Source: Candidatus Melainabacteria bacterium RIFOXYA2_FULL_32_9 | GTDB lineage: Bacteria; Cyanobacteriota; Vampirovibrionia; Gastranaerophilales; UBA9579 | DNA: 64,000 nucleotides | Assembly (NCBI GenBank): GCA_001784615.1 | Contig: MFRQ01000025.1 | Location: 7,568 to 71,567, forward strand | Direction: 5' to 3' | Shown here: piece after piece, positions 38,927-48,619 of the stretch | Layout of the letters: every line of letters begins with the position of its first letter | Numbering within the stretch: the first letter of the stretch is position 1 | Notes under the pieces: model-generated | What the model was told of the DNA's origin: nothing | What the model saw: the letters and a program-made list of their open reading frames with translations, nothing else | The model's database searches: none | Program-made: the position numbers and the translations under genes

Positions 38927-40426
38927 GTGGGAAAGGTTTTTAAAGTGGGTATGCAATTTAACGACCAAGCTTTTGGAAAAAATGATTTAAGGGGCCTTGT
39001 TGGAAGTGCTATTACACCTGAACTATTTGAACAGGTTGGCAAAGCATATGCTGAGTATGTAAGAAAAAAACTGTCTTTATCTGGTGATGTAAATTTTTGG
39101 GTAAGCGTAGCACAGGATGCAAGATTACATTCTCCTGAACTAACAGATGCGCTTATAAAAGGACTATTATCAAGTGGTGTGAATGTTATTGATATAGGAA
39201 TAGCACCCACTCCTTTTGGTTATTTTTCCGAGTATAATGACTTTAACAAAGAAGGGGTTTCTGGTTTAGTAGGCTCTCTTATAGTAACTGCAAGCCATAA
39301 CCCGCCAGAATATAACGGTCTTAAAATGACCTGCAATAAACAATCTTTATCAGAAGAAGAAATTGTTGAATTAAGAGAAATTACAAAAAAAGGTCAATTT
39401 TCAAACAATTCCAGACCAGGAATATACAAAAAATACAATCTGGTGCCTGATTATATAAACTTTGTTTTTAACTCTTTTGGTGAAATCGGAAAAGGGGTAA
39501 AAGTTGTCGTAGACAGTGGAAATGGAACAGGTGGAGTTGTTGCACCTGAGTTATACAGAAAACTGGGCTGTGAGGTTATTGATATTTACTCAAAACCAGA
39601 TGGTAATTTCCCAAATCACCATCCTGATCCATCTAACGAAAAAAATCTTGTTTTGTTAAAAGAAAAAATTGCTGAAGTTGATGCAGATTTTGGAATTGCT
39701 TTTGATGGTGATTCTGATAGAGTCGGAATAATTGATAATACCGGATATAGCATACCTGGAGATCAGTTGTTGCTTCTTTTTGCTCTTGATATTTTAGAAA
39801 ATTCTCAACAAACAGATAAAAAACCTGTATTCATCTCAGAAGTTAAATGCTCACAAATATTATTTGATGAAATAAATAGAAATAACGGACAGGCAATAAT
39901 GTGGAAAACAGGCCATGCCTACATAAAAACCAAAATGAAAGAAGAAAACGCAATTCTCGCAGGAGAAATGAGTGGCCATATATTCTTTAAAGACCGTTTC
40001 TTTGGGCATGATGACGCCGTTTATGCAGGTTGCAGATTTATTGAAATAGCTGCTAAAAATAAAGCTAAAAACCCTAATTTTAAAGTATCTGAATTAATTG
40101 ATAACTTACCTAAGGCTTATACTTCAAGGGAAGTAAGAAATCCATGTCCTAACGAATTAAAAACAAAGGTTCTTGAGAACTTAGCAAAAGAAATAGACAA
40201 TAATCCAGATATGTTTGGTTCAAAAATTGAAAAAATTATAACTATAGATGGTTTAAGGATTGTATTTAACGGTGGTTTTGCTTTAATCAGGCAGAGTAAC
40301 ACTGAACCTACTTTTACTTTAAGATTTGAAGGTTCAACTCAGGAAAATTGTGATAACTATCAAAACACTATGCTAAAAATCCTTAAAGAAAACCTGGAAA
40401 AATTAAAAACCGGCAGTATTTCATAA
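38927..40426 (+). CDS. Phosphomannomutase/phosphoglucomutase
   Basis: Active-site TASHNPPEYNGLK, metal loop FDGDSDR, sugar-binding GEMSGH. Start uncertain (GTG 38927, GTG 38945 or ATG 38951). Confidence 0.9.
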   Translation: MGKVFKVGMQFNDQAFGKNDLRGLVGSAITPELFEQVGKAYAEYVRKKLSLSGDVNFWVSVAQDARLHSPELTDALIKGLLSSGVNVIDIGIAPTPFGYFSEYNDFNKEGVSGLVGSLIVTASHNPPEYNGLKMTCNKQSLSEEEIVELREITKKGQFSNNSRPGIYKKYNLVPDYINFVFNSFGEIGKGVKVVVDSGNGTGGVVAPELYRKLGCEVIDIYSKPDGNFPNHHPDPSNEKNLVLLKEKIAEVDADFGIAFDGDSDRVGIIDNTGYSIPGDQLLLLFALDILENSQQTDKKPVFISEVKCSQILFDEINRNNGQAIMWKTGHAYIKTKMKEENAILAGEMSGHIFFKDRFFGHDDAVYAGCRFIEIAAKNKAKNPNFKVSELIDNLPKAYTSREVRNPCPNELKTKVLENLAKEIDNNPDMFGSKIEKIITIDGLRIVFNGGFALIRQSNTEPTFTLRFEGSTQENCDNYQNTMLKILKENLEKLKTGSIS

Positions 40427-40453
40427 GAAATTTATATTTTGGATAAATAATTC

Positions 40454-41476
40454 ATGAATTCACAAAATAATAAAGGAATATCTTTAATTTCTCTTGTTTT
40501 AAGGCCTATTGGAATTTTAATTGTTCTAATTATTTTTGGAACTGTTAGTTATATGAAAATAGAGGGATGGGAACCTTTAGATGCTCTTTTTATGAGTGTT
40601 GAAACATTGACTACGGTTGGTTATGGTCTTATAGGCCCACTTTCAACAACAGGTAAAATATTCACTATAATATACATATTATTTGGAGTAATGTTATTCT
40701 TATATATTGTTGCTGAATTCGCAGAATACATTCTCTTTGTTAATTTTGGAAAAGTATTGAGTAAGAGAAAAATGGAAACAAGATTAAAAAAATTGAAAGA
40801 TCACTACATTGTTTGCGGCTATGGAAGAACAGGATCTGAAATAGTTAATCAGTTAAAAAACTGCAAACTTGAGTTCGTGGTTATTGATAAAGATCCTGAC
40901 TTTGAAACAACAGCTCAAGGCTTAAATATTAATTACATTGTTGGTGATGCAACAGAAGACAGTGTTTTAGAAAAGGCTGAAATAACAAAGGCAAAGGGTT
41001 TATTTTGTGCTTTAAGTGATGATGTTGATAATTTGTATCTAACAGTATCAGCAAAAAGCTTAAATCCTAAACTTACAATAGTATCAAGATGTATCAAAGC
41101 TTCTAATGAACATAAATTTAAGAAAGCTGGAGCAACAACTATAATACTTCCATACGAAATTAGCGCAAGAAGAATGGTATCTTCTGTAATTAAGCCCCTG
41201 GTTGTTGATTTTTTAGATGTGGTAATGCATACTAAAGGTCATGAACTAGAATTAAAAATGGAACAGTTCAAATTAAAACACGGTTCCCCTTTGGAAAATC
41301 AAACTATTATATCTTCTGAACTCAGACAAAGAACCGGTGTTATCATAATTGCAATAAGGAGAGACGGTGAGTTTATAACTAATCCAACGCCAGATACTGT
41401 AATGACAGCAGGAGACTATTTAATTACACTCGGAACAAATTCTCAACTTTCAAAATTTGAAAAACTAATTGCTTAA
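40454..41476 (+). CDS. Potassium channel protein with RCK (TrkA-N/TrkA-C) domains
   Basis: Selectivity filter TTVGYG. Rossmann VCGYGRTGSEI. C-terminal TrkA-C-like domain. Confidence 0.85.
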   Translation: MNSQNNKGISLISLVLRPIGILIVLIIFGTVSYMKIEGWEPLDALFMSVETLTTVGYGLIGPLSTTGKIFTIIYILFGVMLFLYIVAEFAEYILFVNFGKVLSKRKMETRLKKLKDHYIVCGYGRTGSEIVNQLKNCKLEFVVIDKDPDFETTAQGLNINYIVGDATEDSVLEKAEITKAKGLFCALSDDVDNLYLTVSAKSLNPKLTIVSRCIKASNEHKFKKAGATTIILPYEISARRMVSSVIKPLVVDFLDVVMHTKGHELELKMEQFKLKHGSPLENQTIISSELRQRTGVIIIAIRRDGEFITNPTPDTVMTAGDYLITLGTNSQLSKFEKLIA

Positions 41477-41500
41477 TAAGCTGAGGAAAAGGAATAATAT

Positions 41501-42520
41501 ATGAATACCAGAATTCTTGCACTTATAATAATAGGTTTATGTTTATTCAGTATTCTTGTAGGAACTGTTAATACAATTGTCGCTCCTAAAAAAGCTAAAG
41601 TAGAAAACGCTCAAGAAAGTTCTAACTTCTTTGGCATGCCTGGAGGCAATAAAATAGCATTGATAACTTTACAAGGTCCTATTTCTTATGAATCATCCGG
41701 TGGAGTATTAGGAGATATGACTTCAGCAGAAAGTGTTTTAAAGTCTTTAAGAAGGGCTATTAATGATGATTCTGTAAAAGGAGTTCTTCTTAGAATTGAC
41801 AGCCCCGGTGGTACCGTAGCTATGTCTCAGGAAGTTTATAATACTATATTAAGATTAAGAAAGAAAAAACCTGTCGTAGTATCAATGGTAGATTTAGCTG
41901 CAAGTGGCGGTTATTACATAGCCAGCGCTGCTGATAGAATTTTTGCAGAACCTGGAACTTTAACAGGCAGTATTGGCGTTATTATAAATACTTTTAATGT
42001 TCAAGAACTTTTAAATCAAAAGCTTGGAATTCAAGCAAACGTTGTAAAAAGTGGTAAATATAAAGACCTGGCTTCTCCTTATAGGCCAATATTACCCGAT
42101 GAAAGAAATTTACTTCAAAATATAATTAACTCTACTTATCAACAATTTGTAAATGCCATAATTCAAGGGAGAGTAAAAAGAACAGATAATTATGATGTAA
42201 AGAAAGCTGTTTTAACTGTTGATACATTAAGAAAATATGCTGATGGAAGAATTCTTACAGGAGAGCAAGCTCAAAAATTAGGTTTTGTTGATCAATTAGG
42301 AGGTTTACACGAATCTCATGAAGCTGTAACAAAAATGGCAAAAGCAAAATTTAAAGGATTACGTGATGAAATTCCTCTTGTACAATATAACGTACCTTCA
42401 GGATTTGGCGGACTTCTTTTTGGGGTTTCAGAATCTATTATGCCTAAAAAAGATTTAACCTCATCATTAATTCCTTTAAGCTCAAAATATCCTCATCAAC
42501 CTTTATTTGTATGGGAGTAA
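41501..42520 (+). CDS. sppA: Signal peptide peptidase SppA (36K type)
   Basis: N-terminal TM segment. IDSPGGTV and AASGGYYIA (catalytic Ser context) motifs. Confidence 0.85.
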   Translation: MNTRILALIIIGLCLFSILVGTVNTIVAPKKAKVENAQESSNFFGMPGGNKIALITLQGPISYESSGGVLGDMTSAESVLKSLRRAINDDSVKGVLLRIDSPGGTVAMSQEVYNTILRLRKKKPVVVSMVDLAASGGYYIASAADRIFAEPGTLTGSIGVIINTFNVQELLNQKLGIQANVVKSGKYKDLASPYRPILPDERNLLQNIINSTYQQFVNAIIQGRVKRTDNYDVKKAVLTVDTLRKYADGRILTGEQAQKLGFVDQLGGLHESHEAVTKMAKAKFKGLRDEIPLVQYNVPSGFGGLLFGVSESIMPKKDLTSSLIPLSSKYPHQPLFVWE

Positions 42521-42525
42521 ACCAT

Positions 42526-42576
42526 GGGTGACAATATCACCTATTTTTAAAGTTAACGTTTGATGTTTTAGGAGCA
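42526..42576 (+). repeat. Palindrome-core repeat, copy 3; forms the 5' leader and SD of the Yip1 gene
   Basis: gggtgacaatatcacctatttttaaagttaacgtttgatgttttaggagca. GGAGCA lies 11 nt before the ATG at 42588. Confidence 0.75.
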
Positions 42577-42587
42577 CTACTTAAACT

Positions 42588-43157
42588 ATGAACAACTTTT
42601 TAGACAGCTTTTATGGACTTTTATTCTCACCTGATAAGACTTTTGATAATTTACGTGAAAATCCGCCTCTTTTTCAAGGATTTTTAATAGTTTTATTCAT
42701 TAGTATATTAAATCCTGTTTTAAATTTTAAAACTTTTGATGGGACTGCTACTTTAATATGGTTAAGTCTCAGTATATTTGGAGCTTTACTTTTTGGCTTA
42801 TTAAGCTGGTTATTCTTTGCTTTTTTCCTTGATTTGGTAGCAAGTATTTTTGGCCAATCAGGCAAAATCAAGATATTTTTAACTCTTTCAGCTTTTGCTT
42901 TAATTCCCTGGGTATTTCTTGGCCCGATAGAATTATTAAAAACAGCTGGATTATTAGCTGATATATTTGCTATATTTTTAGGATTACTTGTTTGGTTATG
43001 GGTTGTGGTTTTAGTTATTAAAGCTATTATCAAAACATATCAATTATCTTTTGGAAAAACTCTAACTTTACTTATTATTCCCTCTCTTGGAGGTTTTCTG
43101 ACTTTTTACTGGACAATAGGATTTTTCTCAACATTGTTCCAAATTTTGAAAGTATAG
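42588..43157 (+). CDS. Yip1-domain membrane protein
   Basis: 189 aa, five hydrophobic helices, N-terminal FYGLLFSPDKTFDNL typical of the Yip1/DUF1282 family. Confidence 0.55.
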   Translation: MNNFLDSFYGLLFSPDKTFDNLRENPPLFQGFLIVLFISILNPVLNFKTFDGTATLIWLSLSIFGALLFGLLSWLFFAFFLDLVASIFGQSGKIKIFLTLSAFALIPWVFLGPIELLKTAGLLADIFAIFLGLLVWLWVVVLVIKAIIKTYQLSFGKTLTLLIIPSLGGFLTFYWTIGFFSTLFQILKV

Positions 43158-43159
43158 TT

Positions 43160-43690
43160 TTATCCTGTTTTTTCAAATCTATTATTTCTAGCCTCTTCAA
43201 GATTCGTTATTCTATTATACCTTCTCGTATTATGACGCATATAATCTTGATCTTTAGGGATAACTGTTATAACTGTTGATTTATACGTAGGAATAAGTAA
43301 AGTTCTATTTTTATCTGGTTGCTTATAACTATAATCAATTTGTCCAGGATTTTTTCTATCTTCATAAATTTGTCCACAGGTTATCGTATCTTGTATGTCT
43401 TTTACTGAAACGTTTCTCTCTTTCATTCTTTCTTCAGCGTGCTGGGTCGTATAAAAACGATTGTGTGTTTCTTTTATTTGAAAATTTATTTCTTTATCTG
43501 GATAAAGTTTTGTTAGTGTTTCAGGAAAAAAAGGAGTGTTTTTTCTACGTACATAAATATAACCTTCAAAACTAACTGGATAAGTCTGATTTGTATTAAT
43601 ATTTTTTGAAATATTAATATTTTGACTGTTATTTTTTAAATTATTTTTTGGATATATATATTTGTTGTTGGAAAAATCCTGTAGAATCAC
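43160..43690 (-). CDS. DUF4258-like (toxin-fold) domain protein with Asn-rich N-terminal extension
   Basis: C-terminal HAEERMKERNVSVKDIQDTITCGQIYED resembles DUF4258. GTG start with AAGGA upstream. Confidence 0.45.
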   Translation of the reverse strand: MILQDFSNNKYIYPKNNLKNNSQNINISKNINTNQTYPVSFEGYIYVRRKNTPFFPETLTKLYPDKEINFQIKETHNRFYTTQHAEERMKERNVSVKDIQDTITCGQIYEDRKNPGQIDYSYKQPDKNRTLLIPTYKSTVITVIPKDQDYMRHNTRRYNRITNLEEARNNRFEKTG

Positions 43691-43913
43691 TTTGTTTTAT
43701 CCTTGTTTTTATAATCTTTATTAATAAAAACAAAATAAAACAAAAATTGCATATTTAATTTAATTTTTTAAGATTTTTTATGAAGTATAAATAGCAATGG
43801 TTATAAGCATAAAAAGTAGTTAAAATATTATTTTAGCTAAATCCAGCTTCTTGTTACGTTCTTTTATTATTTATTCTATGTATTTAGAAAGGATAAGTGC
43901 TAAAATTAGAAGA

Positions 43914-46235
43914 ATGAATGAGAATGAAATAAAACAGATTGAAAAAGAGTTTGGTTTTAAGTTGGATGATTTTCAGCTTGAAGCTATTAAGCATATTAAT
44001 ACTGGTAAAAGCGTGGTTGTTTGTGCTCCAACAGGTGCCGGTAAAACAGTTATAGCTGAATATGCAGTTAAAAAAGTTTTAGGAACAAATAAAAGAATAT
44101 TTTATACAACTCCTCTTAAAGCCCTTAGTAACCAAAAATTCAATGACTTTTCAAGAACTTACGGTGAAAGTAAAGTCGGCCTGCTAACAGGAGATATTTC
44201 TATCAACAGAGATGCTCAGATTGTTGTAATGACAACTGAAGTCTTTAGAAATATGCTTTATGGAACAAATCTGGGACGTATCGAGGAAAATCTTAGAAAT
44301 GTTCAATATGTTGTCTTAGACGAAGTCCATTATATGAATGATGAACAAAGGGGTACTGTTTGGGAAGAAAGCATAATTTATAGCCCCAATAATATTCAAA
44401 TAGTTGCCCTTTCTGCCACTATTGCAAATGCAGACAAACTTACAGAATGGATTAATACTGTTCATGGAAAGACAGCGCTTGTAAATAGTGATTTTAGACC
44501 TGTACCGTTAAGACATTTTTATTATTCACCATCAAAATTGGATGATATTCTACCTCTTTTCTCACCAGGGGGCAAATTAAATTCAAAAATAAAGGCCGAA
44601 AAACCTAAACCAAAGTTTGTTAAAAGAGTTAAAGAAGCTCCTGTTTCTCAATTAGTAGAAATTTTACACGAAAAAGATATGCTTCCTGCCATATATTTCA
44701 CTTTTAGCAGAAAAAAATGTGATGAAAATATGGCTGAATGTTCAAAATTAAGACTTCTGAATAAGTTTGAAGAGAAAAGACTTTTACAGATTATAGATGA
44801 ATATATTCTAGATAATCCTTATTTAGGCAAACATAAGTATTTAGAATATATTTATTCAGGAGTAGCAAGCCATCATGCCGGATTACTTCCGGGCTGGAAA
44901 GTTCTAATTGAAAAACTATTCCAACATGGCTTAATTAAGGTTGTATTTGCAACAGAAACACTTGCTGCCGGTATAAATATGCCAGCAAGAAGTACTGTAA
45001 TAAGTTCTATCAGTAAAAGAACTGATGAAGGTCATAGAATTTTAACAGCTAGTGAGTTTTTACAGATGTCAGGAAGAGCCGGAAGACGTGGCATGGATGA
45101 AGTTGGCTATGTTACTGTTGTTGGAACTCCATTTCAATCACCTGAGGAAGTTGGTATTTTAGCTTCATCTGCTTCTGATCCTCTTGAAAGCAAATTCACT
45201 CCAAGCTATTCTATGGTTTTAAATCTTCTTCAAAGATTTACTGTAGAAGATGCCAGAGAATTGATTCTTAAGAGTTTCGGATATTACAGTTCTACTGAAA
45301 GATTAAAACTCTTGATTCGAGAACAAGAAAAAATTAATGAAACAATTGATGAGCTAAAAAACATTAATTGTCCTTATCGTTTAACAGAAGAAGATTTAAT
45401 AAGCTATAACAAACTTAAGAACACTTATATACAATATAGAAAAATTACAAATACCCTGAGAAAACAAGCAAAAGAAGCCGGAAGAAAAGGATCTCCTGAA
45501 GTTATTGAATATGAAAACAAAACTAAAGATCTTTTAAGGCAGCTAGAAAAAACTAAATGTAATCAGTGTAAACAATATAAAAAACATATTAGAAATCTTG
45601 ATATTTCAGAAAGATTTGAACGTCGCAGTAAAAAAGTAAATGAACAAATAGAATATGAAAGAGATATTTATTGGAGACAATTTGTTAATTTAATGAGTGT
45701 TTTAGAAGATTTAGAATATCTTGTTGATAAATATCCTACTGAAAAAGGTGTCATGACTGCATCTATAAGATCAGAAAATGAATTATTCTTTGCAGAACTT
45801 ATCTTAAGTGGAATTTTGGATGGTTTATCTCATGCTGAATTAGCATCTGTTATTTGTGCTATTGTTACTGAAGAACCGAGAACTCAGTTATATACAAGAT
45901 TCCAATTAAGTGGAAAAGCTAGAAAAGCAATTATAGAATCCAGAGAAGTAGTAAAAAAAGTATGGAAAGCTCAAAAGAAGCATGATGTTAATACTCCTAT
46001 ACTTTTGAATCCACATTTTTCACCATTAATTGAATTTTGGGCTAACGGAGGAGAATGGGAAGAACTTATTAAAAATCTTGAAATTGGTGAAGGAGACCTT
46101 GTAAGAACGTTTAAGCGTTCTATAGATCTCTTAAGACAATTAGCTAACCTGCCTAATGTCCCAAAACAATTAGCTGAAACAGCCGGTATAGCAATGGACT
46201 GCATTAACAGAGATCCCGTTTCCGAAGCATTTTAA
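43914..46235 (+). CDS. Ski2-like (HelY/DSHCT-type) DEAD/DEAH-box helicase
   Basis: APTGAGKT, DEVH, SAT, FATETLAAGINMPAR and QMSGRAGRRG motifs, C-terminal DSHCT-like region. Start uncertain (TTG 43851, ATG 43878 or ATG 43914). Confidence 0.85.
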   Translation: MNENEIKQIEKEFGFKLDDFQLEAIKHINTGKSVVVCAPTGAGKTVIAEYAVKKVLGTNKRIFYTTPLKALSNQKFNDFSRTYGESKVGLLTGDISINRDAQIVVMTTEVFRNMLYGTNLGRIEENLRNVQYVVLDEVHYMNDEQRGTVWEESIIYSPNNIQIVALSATIANADKLTEWINTVHGKTALVNSDFRPVPLRHFYYSPSKLDDILPLFSPGGKLNSKIKAEKPKPKFVKRVKEAPVSQLVEILHEKDMLPAIYFTFSRKKCDENMAECSKLRLLNKFEEKRLLQIIDEYILDNPYLGKHKYLEYIYSGVASHHAGLLPGWKVLIEKLFQHGLIKVVFATETLAAGINMPARSTVISSISKRTDEGHRILTASEFLQMSGRAGRRGMDEVGYVTVVGTPFQSPEEVGILASSASDPLESKFTPSYSMVLNLLQRFTVEDARELILKSFGYYSSTERLKLLIREQEKINETIDELKNINCPYRLTEEDLISYNKLKNTYIQYRKITNTLRKQAKEAGRKGSPEVIEYENKTKDLLRQLEKTKCNQCKQYKKHIRNLDISERFERRSKKVNEQIEYERDIYWRQFVNLMSVLEDLEYLVDKYPTEKGVMTASIRSENELFFAELILSGILDGLSHAELASVICAIVTEEPRTQLYTRFQLSGKARKAIIESREVVKKVWKAQKKHDVNTPILLNPHFSPLIEFWANGGEWEELIKNLEIGEGDLVRTFKRSIDLLRQLANLPNVPKQLAETAGIAMDCINRDPVSEAF

Positions 46236-46308
46236 ATAATGTTTTAGTAGCGTTCCAACGCTAACTGATAATTTTAAGCTAAGTTTATCAACTACAAAGA
46301 CATTAAGC

Positions 46309-46342
46309 GTTAACTTAAGTTAAGTGATATAAATCACCTAAT
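46309..46342. repeat. Palindrome-core repeat, copy 4 (variant core AGTGATATAAATCACC)
   Basis: gttaacttaagttaagtgatataaatcacctaat shares the gttaactt flank and the palindromic core with copies 1-3. Confidence 0.6.
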
Positions 46343-46439
46343 ATTTTTAAAAATTAATATTTTCTAGATTATCGTGTAATTTTTCAGCCCTTTTCCAGTA
46401 CAATATTGTTAAATTACAAAGTAAAGTTAGGGGCTTGGT

Positions 46440-47720
46440 GTGGATAGATTTTTTGGAATTTTTGGAATTATCGCAATATTAGGGATTGCTTATCTTTTAT
46501 CTAATAATAAAAAGGCTATTAACTGGAGATTAGTAATTTCAGGATTATTAATTCAGATATCCCTTGCTGTATTTATTCTTAAAGTTCCTCTTGGTCAAAA
46601 AATATTTGCTTTTCTAGGATATGTGGTAAAAAAACTGCTTGATTATGCTTTGGAAGGTGGAGAATTTGTTTTTGGGCCACTAGTTAATGTACCTTTAGTT
46701 GAGCAAACTTTTGGACCGGGACAGGGATATTTATTTGTATTTCAGCTGACAATATCAGTGATTTTTATCGCTGTTCTTGTGAGTATTTCTTATCATATAG
46801 GTTTAATGCAAAGGATTATTTCCGTTGTAGCTAAACTTGTACACAAATTAATGGGAGTAAGTGGTAGTGAAGCCCTATCAAACGCAGCTAGCGCTTTTGT
46901 TGGACAAGTAGAAGCACAGATTATGATTAAACCATATGTATCTGGCATGACTATGTCAGAGTTACTTGCTTCTATGGCAGGAAGCATGGCTTGTATAGCA
47001 GGTGGTGTAATGGCTGTTTATATATCTATGGGTGTTCCTGCTGAGTATTTACTTGCCGCTAGTATTATGGCTGCTCCAGGAGCTCTTGTAGTTTCAAAAA
47101 TTGTTTATCCTGAAACAGAAGAATCTGAAACCAAAGGTGAGGTTAAATTAGATATTAAAAAAACAAGTATCAACTTAATAGATGCGGCAGCTCATGGTGC
47201 AAGTGACGGAATGAAAATTTCAATAAACGTGGTTGCAATGTTAGTAGGTTTTATTGCATTAATTGCAATGTTAGATGCTTTTACCGGGTTTGCAGGTAAA
47301 CATCTGGCAATTATTGGCCTTTCTCTTGATTTTATTGGACTTGATTTACAACATTTGGGTATTAAAGATATTTTTGGTACTGTATTTTCTGTATTTGCAT
47401 GGTTAATGGGTGTCCCCTGGAATGAAGCACACTCTGTTGGAGCTTTGATGGGTACTAAAATGGTTATAAATGAATTCGTAGCTTATACAGATCTTATTCC
47501 TCTTATTAAAGAATCTGCTCTTTCTCCAAAATCTATAGTTATAGCAAGTTTTGCTTTATGCGGATTTGCAAATTTTAGCTCAATTGCAATACAAATTGGT
47601 GGTATCGGAGAATTAGCTCCCAATAGAAAGAAAGATTTAGCAAGATTGGGTATAAAAGCTTTAATTTGTGGAACTATGGCTTCTTATATGTCAGCAACCA
47701 TAGCTGGCATATTAAATTAA
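46440..47720 (+). CDS. nupC: NupC/NupG-family concentrative nucleoside transporter
   Basis: 426 aa, GTG start. CNT family pattern (GSEALSNAASAFVGQVEA...; FALCGFANFSSIAIQIGG). Confidence 0.8.
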   Translation: MDRFFGIFGIIAILGIAYLLSNNKKAINWRLVISGLLIQISLAVFILKVPLGQKIFAFLGYVVKKLLDYALEGGEFVFGPLVNVPLVEQTFGPGQGYLFVFQLTISVIFIAVLVSISYHIGLMQRIISVVAKLVHKLMGVSGSEALSNAASAFVGQVEAQIMIKPYVSGMTMSELLASMAGSMACIAGGVMAVYISMGVPAEYLLAASIMAAPGALVVSKIVYPETEESETKGEVKLDIKKTSINLIDAAAHGASDGMKISINVVAMLVGFIALIAMLDAFTGFAGKHLAIIGLSLDFIGLDLQHLGIKDIFGTVFSVFAWLMGVPWNEAHSVGALMGTKMVINEFVAYTDLIPLIKESALSPKSIVIASFALCGFANFSSIAIQIGGIGELAPNRKKDLARLGIKALICGTMASYMSATIAGILN

Positions 47721-47751
47721 TATTTTCACTTACGAATTATATTCAAACTAT

Positions 47752-47777
47752 AAAAAAGAGTTTTAAACTCTTTTTTA
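47752..47777 (+). terminator. AT-rich rho-independent terminator
   Basis: aaaaaagagtt-ttaa-aactctttttt. Confidence 0.5.
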
Positions 47778-47841
47778 TAGTTAATTAAAGAATTAAAGGG
47801 GGATTATAGAATTTATTCTGCCTTATGATCTCTTTTAGGAA

Positions 47842-48147
47842 TTATGCAATAATGTCCAAGCCTTCTCTAACTTTTCTTGCTTCTGGAGATAAACTATTAC
47901 TGGACATTGCACGTATTGTTCCTCTTACCATATCTAATAGGTAAGGGATTATTGATCTTTCACCTTGAACATAATCAGGTCCGCTTATTGGCTGACTAGC
48001 TTTTATAAATTTATTTCTTGCATATTCATCGGCATTTATTACATCTATTGGATTATAAGTTTCACGATAACCAAATGATACGTCAAGCTTTGGCTGAGTT
48101 TTATTATTAGAGAGTATGGTATTTGGATTTATTTTTTGTACTAACAT
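47842..48147 (-). CDS. Hypothetical protein (101 aa)
   Basis: ORF only. No recognised domain and a weak SD. Confidence 0.4.
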   Translation of the reverse strand: MLVQKINPNTILSNNKTQPKLDVSFGYRETYNPIDVINADEYARNKFIKASQPISGPDYVQGERSIIPYLLDMVRGTIRAMSSNSLSPEARKVREGLDIIA

Positions 48148-48565
48148 GATCTATTTTTTCTGCCTCGTTTTAAATAGTGTTCTCGCTACACTTTTTATTT
48201 ACACTCCTAGTATTTATCAAAATTCTTCATTTGTCAACCCATGTAAAACCCTAAGATCTTAAGAAAATATAAAATTTTTATTGTGTTTTGTGTAAAACAA
48301 ATTTGCACATTACATATAAGATTTTATTTATTATCAGGCTGTTGCAATGAATATATTTATCATATATAGTTTTTTCGTCTCCAACAATTCATGTAATTCA
48401 ATACTAGACTAGGTATACGGGATTCTATAACAGTACCCTTTTTTAGAAAATAACCCAGGTGTCCAATTTTTTTATATCCATATAGAGAATTGTGAGCAAA
48501 GTATGAATCTGGTTTTATAATAGTAATCTTTTTCATACTTCCAGCTATTCTTAATTCCAGACAGT

Positions 48566-48590
48566 ACGAACCTAACCGGTTCGTTTTTTA
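48566..48590 (+). terminator. Orphan rho-independent terminator on the + strand
   Basis: acgaacc-taacc-ggttcgt followed by TTTTTT. No + strand ORF lies upstream. Confidence 0.5.
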
Positions 48591-48619
48591 TTGGGTATTA
48601 ATTCATAAAAAACTTGTTA

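Noticed and set aside
46251-46266. Short hairpin TAGCGTT-cc-AACGCTA after the helicase gene as a terminator.
   Set aside because: The stem is only 6-7 bp and there is no adjacent U-tract, so it is too weak to call.
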